Below are positions 26,600 to 34,011 of a DNA stretch of 64,000 bases, piece after piece (the first letter of the stretch is position 1; every line of letters starts with the position of its first letter). The notes beneath the pieces were generated by a model, which was not told where the DNA came from, did no database searches, and saw only the letters and a list, made by a program, of their open reading frames with translations. The position numbers were made by a program, and so were the translations under genes. Origin of the DNA: an uncultured Spirochaetaceae bacterium (GTDB taxonomy: Bacteria > Spirochaetota > Spirochaetia > SZUA-6 > Fen-1364); the NCBI GenBank assembly GCA_964437385.1, contig CAYTGX010000007.1, positions 103-64,102 of the forward strand, given 5' to 3'.

Positions 26600-27142
26600 T
26601 CATTGCGGTGCCGGTTCCGCCATCTCAACCCGCACGGCGCCATCCTTGTCGTCCCGGAACCAGATCTCACCGTCCTGGATGGAACACTGGAGGTTCATGG
26701 AGGGCGCCGCCAGCCGGGCCAGGTCCCTGGCCGATTGTGCGCTGACGTGGAAGACCGACAGCTTCCGCTCCCCCCCGAACCGCTGTTTGATGGGATCCCA
26801 CCAGCGGTCAGGATTGGCCGAATAGGTATAGACGATGACACGCGGCGAACGGCCGATCGCCTTTGCCAGGACCTTTTCGTCGGGATGCCCCAGCTCGATC
26901 CATAGCTCGATCACCCCCGTCAGGTCCTTCAGCCAGAGGTCGGGTTCATCGGAATCCGAGATGCCCTTTCCGAACTCCAGCCGCGCGTGCGCATTGAGGG
27001 CAAAGGCGAGGAGCCGGATCATCAGGCGTTCCGCGGTCTCCGAGGGATGGCAGGCCAGGGTCAGGCGATGGGTCGCATAGTAGTTGCGGTCCATGTCCAC
27101 GATCTCGAGCTCTGCCTTGTGGATCGTTGCCTTCAGGGCCAT
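26600..27142 (-). CDS. yaeQ: YaeQ family protein
   Basis: MALKATIHKAELEIVDMDRNYYATHRLTLACHPSETAERLMIRLLAFAL...DEPDLWLKDLTGVIELWIELGHPDEK is the unmistakable YaeQ pattern. The ORF-track start at 27421 is an upstream extension. The ATG at 27142 overlaps the TGA of the upstream gene (TGATG). Confidence 0.85.
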   Translation of the reverse strand: MALKATIHKAELEIVDMDRNYYATHRLTLACHPSETAERLMIRLLAFALNAHARLEFGKGISDSDEPDLWLKDLTGVIELWIELGHPDEKVLAKAIGRSPRVIVYTYSANPDRWWDPIKQRFGGERKLSVFHVSAQSARDLARLAAPSMNLQCSIQDGEIWFRDDKDGAVRVEMAEPAPQ

Positions 27143-28065
27143 CAGGCGCGCCGCGCTCCCCGTGTGGGCTTCTTTCTCACGGTCTGGACACGGACCGCTC
27201 CCTTGTCCGGCTCTATGCTCTCGCCGCGGCGGCGCGCGGAGATCCGCGCGATCTCGGCGCCCAGCAGCAGGATCATCATGGAGACATCGATCCAGATCAT
27301 CAGGATGATCACAGAGCCGGCCGCGCCGAACACTCCCACCGAGCTGAGGTGGCTGACCACCAGCGCAATGAGGTACTTGCCGACGTTGAAAAGCACTGAC
27401 GTGACGATCGCACCCAGCCACACCTCACTCCAATGGATCCGGGCGTCGGGGATGATCTTGAACATTGCCGCAGCTATCAGCAGCATTGCCCCGACGGACA
27501 CCAGCCAGTTGCCGCCCCAGAGGATGAGGGCAGTTGTCTCCATCGTCAGCATGGTGTTCAGCAGACGGCCGAAGGAAGAAAAGACGATGGCAGCGCCAAA
27601 GAACACCAGCATGAGGAGGGCGGCCGCCGCGACCAGCAGGACAGAAAGAAGCCGCTTTACAACAAACCGGGCCATCCCCCCCTTTTTAAGGTCGGGCTGG
27701 ACGTCCCAGGCAGCGTTCAGAGCCCTCTGCAGCTGCATGAACGAGCCGAGCAGCCCATAGATGAAAAGCACTATCGCCATGAGGATGGACAGCGTGCTGC
27801 CGGTCAATTGGGCCCGCGCGTTGTGGACCATCTCCTGCACCTGCGTGACTTCCAGGCCGCCCAGCAGCGGCTGAAGGTGCCGATACAGGACGTCCTGGGT
27901 GGCCTCCGTGCCGAGGATCCCTCCCGCCAGCCAGATCACGCTCACGAGGATGACTGGCAGGAAGAAGATGGTGAAGTAGGTTGTGGCAGCCGCAACCTGG
28001 AACGCCTTGTGCCTGGAAAACCCGCTCAGGGTTTCCTTGATGAAAGGAATGACTTCCATACACAC
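27142..28065 (-). CDS. YihY/BrkB family membrane protein
   Basis: ETLSGFSRHKAFQVAAATTYFTIFFLPVILV...SFMQLQRALNAAW plus six hydrophobic segments; YihY (formerly RNase BN-like) pattern. Confidence 0.85.
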   Translation of the reverse strand: MCMEVIPFIKETLSGFSRHKAFQVAAATTYFTIFFLPVILVSVIWLAGGILGTEATQDVLYRHLQPLLGGLEVTQVQEMVHNARAQLTGSTLSILMAIVLFIYGLLGSFMQLQRALNAAWDVQPDLKKGGMARFVVKRLLSVLLVAAAALLMLVFFGAAIVFSSFGRLLNTMLTMETTALILWGGNWLVSVGAMLLIAAAMFKIIPDARIHWSEVWLGAIVTSVLFNVGKYLIALVVSHLSSVGVFGAAGSVIILMIWIDVSMMILLLGAEIARISARRRGESIEPDKGAVRVQTVRKKPTRGARRA

Positions 28066-28068
28066 ACC

Positions 28069-29682
28069 TCACGCGGTCCTGGACAGGTACTCTCCGTAGC
28101 CGCCGTTGTACACCCTGAGGGAGCCATGGTCGATCTCGAAGACGCGATTGCACAAATGGCGCAGGAAATAGCGGTCGTGACTCACGATCATCAGCGTGCC
28201 TTCGAACCCGGTCAGCGCATCCAGCAGGACTTCACGGCTGGCGATGTCCAGGTGATTGGTCGGCTCGTCAAGGACAAGAAAGTTGACCGGCTGGGCCAGG
28301 ATGCAGGCAAGCATCACCCTGCTCTTCTCTCCGCCTGAGAGGACGCCGACGCGCTTGTCCACGTCATCTCCTGAAAACTGGAAGGCGCCCAGGATGTTCT
28401 TGATGGTGCCCTCGCTGGCCTTGGGTATGCGTTCCTCCACCTCCCGGAAAATCGTGCGGCTGGGGACAAGGATATCACTGGAGTACTGGCTGAAATACCC
28501 CATCCTGACGCCGGCCCCGAGTGTGCAGGCCCCGCCCGATGCCTCAGTCTGACCAGTGACGATCTTCAGGAGCGTGGACTTGCCCGCGCCGTTGATGCCT
28601 GTCAGGGCAATCTTGTCCAGCCGCTTTACCACGCCGGTGAGCCCGTGGAACACAGGAAGCAGGGAGCCGTCGGGAAGGGGCCACGTCTTTGACAGATTGT
28701 CCATGCGGACCACGATATCCCCGCTTCGGGCAACGGGTGCGAATCTGACCCGCATCTCCTTGGGATCCGGCGGGATGACGATCCGCTCGATCTTCTCGAT
28801 GGTCTTCACCCGGGACTGGACCTGGGCCGCATGTGAAGCCTGTGCCCTGAACCGGGAGATGAACTCCTCTTCCTTGGCAAGCATCGCCGCCTGGCGCTTC
28901 TGGGAGGCAATCAACTGCTCCCGACGGACAGCCCGCTCCTTCACGTAGAAGTCGTAATCGCCCGAATACGTGGTGATGGCGCCGGACGCCACTTCCACCG
29001 TGCGGCCGCAGACCCGGGTCATGAACTCCCTGTCGTGGCTGGTCATGACAAGGTCACCCTTGAAGGAGGAAAGCCACTCCTCCAGCCAGACAATGGATTC
29101 CAGGTCCAGGTGATTGGTGGGCTCGTCCATGAGGAGGACGTCAGGATCAAGCAGGAGGATGCAGGCAAGGGCGATCCTCATCTTCCAGCCGCCGGAGAAG
29201 CTCTCTACAGGCTGGTGGAAGCGATCCTTCCCAATGCCCAGGCCGGTGAGGATGGCTTCCGCGCGGTTCTCCAGCTCGTAACCGCTGCCGCGCTGGAACT
29301 CCATCTGGAGCTCGCCGTAGCGGTTCATCTCGGATTCAGTGAGCGGGCGGGCCGCGGCATCCGACATCCGGTGCTCCAGGGCTGCCATCTCGCGGCCCAC
29401 CTCGTACACGCGGCCCGCTCCCGCAAGCACCTCCTGCAGCGCGCTGCGGCCTGACATCTCCCCCACTTCCTGGGAGAAGTAGCCCACCACGGTGCCGGGG
29501 TCCATGGAGACAGTGCCGCCGTCAAGTTTCTCCAGGCCGCAGATCACCTTGAAGAGCGTGGTCTTTCCCGCGCCGTTGGGTCCCACGAGGCCCACCTTGT
29601 CTCCCGGGCGCAGGAGGAAGTCCCCGTTTGTGAATATGACGCGGTCGCCGAATGCGACGCGGATGTTGGAAAGGTTGACCAT
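28069..29682 (-). CDS. ABC-F family ATPase (two NBDs, no TM domain)
   Basis: GPNGAGKTT and GINGAGKST Walker A motifs; LSGGWKMR and LSGGEKSR signatures; interdomain linker; 537 aa. Confidence 0.9.
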   Translation of the reverse strand: MVNLSNIRVAFGDRVIFTNGDFLLRPGDKVGLVGPNGAGKTTLFKVICGLEKLDGGTVSMDPGTVVGYFSQEVGEMSGRSALQEVLAGAGRVYEVGREMAALEHRMSDAAARPLTESEMNRYGELQMEFQRGSGYELENRAEAILTGLGIGKDRFHQPVESFSGGWKMRIALACILLLDPDVLLMDEPTNHLDLESIVWLEEWLSSFKGDLVMTSHDREFMTRVCGRTVEVASGAITTYSGDYDFYVKERAVRREQLIASQKRQAAMLAKEEEFISRFRAQASHAAQVQSRVKTIEKIERIVIPPDPKEMRVRFAPVARSGDIVVRMDNLSKTWPLPDGSLLPVFHGLTGVVKRLDKIALTGINGAGKSTLLKIVTGQTEASGGACTLGAGVRMGYFSQYSSDILVPSRTIFREVEERIPKASEGTIKNILGAFQFSGDDVDKRVGVLSGGEKSRVMLACILAQPVNFLVLDEPTNHLDIASREVLLDALTGFEGTLMIVSHDRYFLRHLCNRVFEIDHGSLRVYNGGYGEYLSRTA

Positions 29683-29741
29683 GCATGTGCTCCGGAGTGG
29701 GGCACTCTACAGTATTTGGCCCCCTGTGAGAAGGCATGACT

Positions 29742-30074
29742 TCAACTGCCCGAAGCAAGGGAGAGCGTCTTCACGTGCGGGTAAGCCAGGATCTTCCCAT
29801 CCTTCGTGATGATGGTCGCTCCGAGTGACAGGGCCGTGGCAATGATGATCCGGTCTGCCGGGTCGGCGTGAATCGGCTCAGGAAGCTCAACAGCGAGCCG
29901 GGCGATGGTAGTGTCCACCGGCACAAAGTGGAAAAGCGCCAGCCGTTCGCACTTCTCCACCCACAGTGCCGCAGGGATGCGCAGCTCGAGCCGGCCCTTC
30001 CGTTCGAGCATGAGGACTTCCCAGACACTGATCGAAGCGATCCCGACGGGCTCCCGCCTGCCGAGGACGATCAT
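29742..30074 (-). CDS. PIN-domain (VapC-like) protein lacking the N-terminal catalytic segment; probably degenerate
   Basis: ISVWEVLMLERKGRLEL...ADPADRIIIATALSLGATIITKDGKIL matches the middle and C-terminus of the LLDTHxxLW-type VapC family. After MIVL, the roughly 30 aa that normally carry the first Asp are missing. Confidence 0.55.
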   Translation of the reverse strand: MIVLGRREPVGIASISVWEVLMLERKGRLELRIPAALWVEKCERLALFHFVPVDTTIARLAVELPEPIHADPADRIIIATALSLGATIITKDGKILAYPHVKTLSLASGS

Positions 30075-30156
30075 CTCGCCGCTTCCCAGTCTTCAGGGCC
30101 CACCGGGTCCAGACGGAAATACTCGAATGCTTTCGGCTTGAAAGGACGTTGGCGTC
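30075..30156 (-). pseudogene. remnant of an antitoxin C-terminus (no start codon)
   Basis: The frame ends ...FKPKAFEYFRLDPVGPEDWEAAR-TGA, with the TGA overlapping the PIN ATG (ATGA), the typical toxin-antitoxin junction. It is open for only about 26 codons after an upstream TGA. Confidence 0.35.
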
Positions 30157-30173
30157 AGCACCCGTGCCCTTCT

Positions 30174-30488
30174 TCAGAGCACGCCGGCGTGGTCCTTGCG
30201 GTCCTTCACGAAGAAATACCACAGTCCGGCCATCTCGATCCCGGCCTCGCCTTCTATGACGCTCTGGATATCCTTGATGCTGATGATCTTCTTGCCTTTG
30301 TCATCCTTGACGTCCTTGCCGTCAAACTCCGCGACCTTCCTGCCATGCGAATCCCGAAGGTTCCTGCTTTGGATTTCGCCGAACACCGCACCGTTGGTGG
30401 ACCGGATGGTGCTCTTGTCGACCTCTGCGAGCTTCTGGCCCGAGCTCTTCTTTACCAACCGCCGTCCGTCAAACGTATAATCCGCCAT
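30174..30488 (-). CDS. small hypothetical protein with ~16-20-aa Gly/Lys repeats
   Basis: I prefer the ATG at 30488 (MADYTFDGRR...) because GGAGG lies 5 nt upstream; the ORF-track start is 30554. The repeat pattern is x(I/L/V)(R/K)(S/D)xxGxx(V/L/F)(A/G)E(V/I/F)(D/Q), seen about four times. Confidence 0.45.
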   Translation of the reverse strand: MADYTFDGRRLVKKSSGQKLAEVDKSTIRSTNGAVFGEIQSRNLRDSHGRKVAEFDGKDVKDDKGKKIISIKDIQSVIEGEAGIEMAGLWYFFVKDRKDHAGVL

Positions 30489-30688
30489 CTCGACCTCCGT
30501 TCGATCGTCGTGATTCACAAATATATCATCAGCAACGCCCGTCTTTTCCGTCAAAATGCGCGCACGTGCGGCGGGGAGGCGCGGCCTGGTGGGCGGCTGA
30601 GGGGCTGCCGCAGCGCCCGCCCCTCATTTCCGCCGCGACCCGCGGCGCCGGCCGTTTCAGTCAGTTTCCGCGGCGATCCACGACGCAC

Positions 30689-30777
30689 CTTGCGATTGTT
30701 CCACTCTTATTAACGGATCGCCCAATGAAACGTTAATAAGGACGAGAAATCGCAAGGTCCGGCACGTGGTCTCCGGA
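30689..30777. repeat. palindromic intergenic element, copy A (MITE/REP-like)
   Basis: CTTGCGATTgttccactCTTATTAACG - 15 nt - CGTTAATAAGgacgagaAATCGCAAG, followed by GTCCGG-n10-CTCCGGA. Related copies lie at 50460-50548 and 39604-39652. Confidence 0.6.
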
Positions 30778-30797
30778 TTCTGCTCGTTGTCCGTGTC

Positions 30798-32903
30798 CTA
30801 TGTTTCGAGCTCCACGATCGTGTAGATTCCGACATGCTTCAGGGCCAGCTTGTTCTTCCGAAGTGAGACGGAAATTGCAGGATTCTCCGGGAAGCTGTGG
30901 ACCTTTGTTCCCTTTGCCTCGAACGCGAGCTCAAAAGAGGCATCCGTGGGATCGATCCTGTGCGTGCCCGGATTGTAGTTGTAATTGACAATGTGCAGGA
31001 GGAACCTGTTCTTGTCCCTGTCCTTGTGCACGGCAATGCCGAACTTTTCGGAGTCTTTCGCGCTGACCACTCCCTTGCTTTTCGCCAGTTCGGCAACAAG
31101 GAGCCCCATGTCCTGGGCCGCATAGCTCCTGCAGGAGGAGAGAGCCTTCACGCTGCGCGCCAGCGTGATCACGCTGGCGCCGGCCTGAGCGAATGCCTGG
31201 ATCGCCTTTGCGCTCTGGTCATCCATCACGAATGCATCCGGAACAATCACTTTTTTGTACGCAGAAAGCCGGGCGGGCGTCAGGACCTCGTCCGGACTGT
31301 TGAACAGGACGTTGTACAGGACATGACGATTGCTCAGGCTCTGCACAAGCTCGAAGAAGCTGCGGAACCGGCCGTCCCGGGCAAATGCACCCTGCCTGCC
31401 CAGCTCCTCCCCTTCGGCAAACTCCACCGGCACGATCTCCTGGTCATCCGGTTCCGTCAGCAGGTTCTCATACGCGGAAAGCGCGTCGTAGACCACGGCG
31501 ATATCTGCGCAGGGATTCTTCGGGAAAAGGCTCTCGCGCTCGCTGAGCCAGGAACCGAGCTTCTTCAGCACTCTGAGATCCGGCCAGAACGCGTCCTTGA
31601 CCTGGTTCTGAAGCCAGGAACCATAGGGAAACGATACGTGGAACCCGTGCGCCATCGGCTCGAGGGCGAACACGATGAACCTGTCATTGATGTTGTTCTT
31701 GATATCGTCCAGCATGTCCCTGACATACTGGTTCGGATCTTCGACAAAGCAGGATTCTTTTCCGTTCAGCCAGCCAAAGGCGAACTTGTACCAGCCGTCC
31801 TGGCGGAGCTCGATGCTCGTCTTCTCTCCTGCAAGGATGTCCAGGTGCTTCTTGCACGGCCACGAATACGGGTAGCACTGGAAGAGGTTTGCCGTGACCC
31901 TCATGGCCTTTCCCCGTGTGCGGGTGGAGTACTCCCGCAGGTGGCGGGAGAGCTCTCGTACAACCCATTCTATGCTTGCCATCTGCATGTCGGTGAAATT
32001 CCTGAAAAGCGGTATCTTCCACCTGTTGTTCCCGTTGGAGGCCACGAGGTCCTTGTCCTTGTATCCCCGGCCGCGCAGATACTGCCTGTAGTCGAAGTCC
32101 GCACTATCACCCGCATCCTGGGGCAGCGGGAGAGCGTGCGCCGTGATGTACGCCCTGAACTTGTCCATGCATTCGCGGCAGAAGCATCCGGCGTTCTGCA
32201 GCAGGTGCTTCTGCGTATCATACTCGTCTATGTGCAGGCCGCCTGCCCCGGCGTCACACATCATTTCGATGTCGCGTTTCATGTAGCGGAGGTACGAGTC
32301 CTTGTTGGAGCACGGAGAGTAGCATTTGTGGTCATGTCCCGGAGCCATCAGCCACGCGGAGAGGATATTCCTCCCTTCAAGAGAGACAGCCTTGAACTCC
32401 TCAAGAAAATCTTCGACCTTCTTTCCCTTGTAGTCCAGCAGCCCGTCGGGAAAATACTTTTCAATGGGAGAAAAGATCTTCGGGTACGCGTTGGTGGAGA
32501 GCTCCCGCATGCCCACGTATTTTCTATTCCGGGAGGCGCCCCTCAGGATATTGAGGGACAGGAGCTCTGATTCGTCGTCGCTGAGCTCCGCCCCGAACTC
32601 CCAGAGCTGGGCTTTCCACAGCACGGAGAAGACCTCGATCCCCCTTTTTGCGCACTCCTGGCAGAACTCCTTGTCATTGACGAAGCCGTACAACCGCAGC
32701 CGCGGGGGAATGACATCATTGGCCTCGCGGTCCAGGTACGGCAGGCCGATTGCCCCGCTGCCCAGGCATGACCATATCAGGGTGTTGGCCTTGATCTCTT
32801 CGATGTCTTCGATCATGTGCATGTTCTTCATTGGAAGACTGGGATGGTAGTTCCACATGTCCCTGAACCAGCCCATGAAATACAAACCTCGCAGCATATT
32901 CAT
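30798..32903 (-). CDS. large hypothetical protein, possibly a glycoside-hydrolase-like TIM barrel with a GH42-like C-terminal domain
   Basis: 701-aa ORF with coding-like composition. It contains GGLHIDEY and a CFCRECMDKF cysteine motif. The C-terminal KKVIVPDAFVMDDQSAKAIQAFAQAGASVITLAR resembles the trimerisation/GATase-like domain of GH42 enzymes. The family assignment is only a guess. Confidence 0.4.
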   Translation of the reverse strand: MNMLRGLYFMGWFRDMWNYHPSLPMKNMHMIEDIEEIKANTLIWSCLGSGAIGLPYLDREANDVIPPRLRLYGFVNDKEFCQECAKRGIEVFSVLWKAQLWEFGAELSDDESELLSLNILRGASRNRKYVGMRELSTNAYPKIFSPIEKYFPDGLLDYKGKKVEDFLEEFKAVSLEGRNILSAWLMAPGHDHKCYSPCSNKDSYLRYMKRDIEMMCDAGAGGLHIDEYDTQKHLLQNAGCFCRECMDKFRAYITAHALPLPQDAGDSADFDYRQYLRGRGYKDKDLVASNGNNRWKIPLFRNFTDMQMASIEWVVRELSRHLREYSTRTRGKAMRVTANLFQCYPYSWPCKKHLDILAGEKTSIELRQDGWYKFAFGWLNGKESCFVEDPNQYVRDMLDDIKNNINDRFIVFALEPMAHGFHVSFPYGSWLQNQVKDAFWPDLRVLKKLGSWLSERESLFPKNPCADIAVVYDALSAYENLLTEPDDQEIVPVEFAEGEELGRQGAFARDGRFRSFFELVQSLSNRHVLYNVLFNSPDEVLTPARLSAYKKVIVPDAFVMDDQSAKAIQAFAQAGASVITLARSVKALSSCRSYAAQDMGLLVAELAKSKGVVSAKDSEKFGIAVHKDRDKNRFLLHIVNYNYNPGTHRIDPTDASFELAFEAKGTKVHSFPENPAISVSLRKNKLALKHVGIYTIVELET

Positions 32904-32968
32904 TCCTCCCCATATGATCGTCGGCCGCCCGTTTGCCGAGGGATTCTTCCAGCCGTATATTAACTAGT

Positions 32969-32984
32969 TGGGCATGTTTTTGCA
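32969..32984 (+). promoter_or_regulatory. possible sigma-54 promoter upstream of the second RbsB-like operon
   Basis: TGGgcat-gttt-TTGCA has GG and GC at the correct 12-nt register. The -12 TTGCA is perfect and the -24 is only TGG. It lies about 34 nt upstream of the ATG at 33018. Confidence 0.35.
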
Positions 32985-33017
32985 CGCCCATCAAATATCC
33001 CGCCCAGGAGGTTCCTC

Positions 33018-33944
33018 ATGAAAAAGAAACTGCTGTTTGTGCTGATCATGCTCATGGCGCTTCCGCTCGTTGTCTTCGCCGGAGGCACCAAGGAAGGACA
33101 GCCATCAGGCCAGATCACTATTGGCCTGACGCTTCCCGGTCTCCAGTTTCCGTTCTTCGTAACCATGAAGAACGATTTTGACGCGGCGGCAGCAAAGCTC
33201 GGTGTGAAGGTTGTCTTCATAGATGCGCAGAACGACTCCACCAAGCAGGCGGCTGCCATGGAGAACTTCGTGGCACAGAAGGTCAGCGGAATCCTGATCT
33301 CCCCCATGACGACTGACTCGCTGGTTCCTTCTATAGAAGCGGCTGTCAAGGCGGGTATTCCCGTGGCCACTGTCGACCGCAAGGCGAATACGGATGCAGT
33401 CCTGGTCCACATCGGGGCGGACAACGTGGAAGGCGGCCGTGCGGCGGCCCGCTACGTCGCGGCCAAGCTCAATGGCAAGGGCAACGTGATCGAGCTCGAA
33501 GGCACGCCGGGTGCTTCCCCCGCAATCGACCGCAAAAAGGGCTTCGACGAGGTGATTGCCCAGAACCCTGGCATCAAGATCCTCGTGAGCCAGGCTGCTG
33601 ACTTCAACCGCGCCAAGGCAAACTCCACCATGGAGAACCTGATGCAGGCGTACCCTGCTTTCGATGCCGTGTTCGGCGCCAACGACGAGATGATCATCGG
33701 AGCCATCGAGGCCATGTCCGCCGGCGGCATCGACCCCTCCAAGAAGGTGACCGTCGGCTACGACGCCACCACTGACGCCCTGGACTACATCAAGCAGGGC
33801 AAGCTGGGCGCCACCGTCGACCAGTTCCCCGGCAAGCAGGCGGCACAGGCCCTGCAGGCCCTCGTCGACAACATCAAGAGCAAGACGATGCCCGCACAGA
33901 AGGTCGTCTACCTCTCGCCGAACACCGTGACGTCAGCCAAATAG
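33018..33944 (+). CDS. ribose/sugar ABC transporter periplasmic binding protein (RbsB-like)
   Basis: Signal peptide MKKKLLFVLIMLMALPLVVFAGG. GILISPMTTDSLVPSIEAAVKAGIPVATVDR and GADNVEGGRAAARY are typical of RbsB-type proteins. Confidence 0.9.
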   Translation: MKKKLLFVLIMLMALPLVVFAGGTKEGQPSGQITIGLTLPGLQFPFFVTMKNDFDAAAAKLGVKVVFIDAQNDSTKQAAAMENFVAQKVSGILISPMTTDSLVPSIEAAVKAGIPVATVDRKANTDAVLVHIGADNVEGGRAAARYVAAKLNGKGNVIELEGTPGASPAIDRKKGFDEVIAQNPGIKILVSQAADFNRAKANSTMENLMQAYPAFDAVFGANDEMIIGAIEAMSAGGIDPSKKVTVGYDATTDALDYIKQGKLGATVDQFPGKQAAQALQALVDNIKSKTMPAQKVVYLSPNTVTSAK

Positions 33945-33969
33945 GCACCGCGTCTTCCTTCGACCGTCG

Positions 33970-34004
33970 AGGCCGGCGCTGGACGAGCGCCGGCCTTTCT
34001 GTTT
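33970..34004 (+). terminator. rho-independent terminator/attenuator after the binding-protein gene
   Basis: aggccggcgct ggacg agcgccggcct (11-bp perfect stem) followed by ttctgttt. Confidence 0.6.
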
Positions 34005-34011
34005 ACCCTGT

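Noticed and set aside
27143-27421. Upstream extension of the YaeQ ORF (track start 27421).
   Set aside because: The extension (MAGCDRHVSAFQRRQ…) overlaps the YihY coding frame and is Arg/Pro-rich. YaeQ family proteins start MALKATI…, which matches the ATG at 27142 exactly.
30689-30777. I asked whether the palindromic elements are integron attC sites or a CRISPR array.
   Set aside because: The copies are 9-11 kb apart and not regularly spaced, and no cas or intI gene is present, so they are not a CRISPR array. The AAC/GTT triplets sit in the inner stem rather than at the outer R''/R' positions, and the flanking genes are ordinary operons rather than promoterless cassettes, so they are not attC sites.
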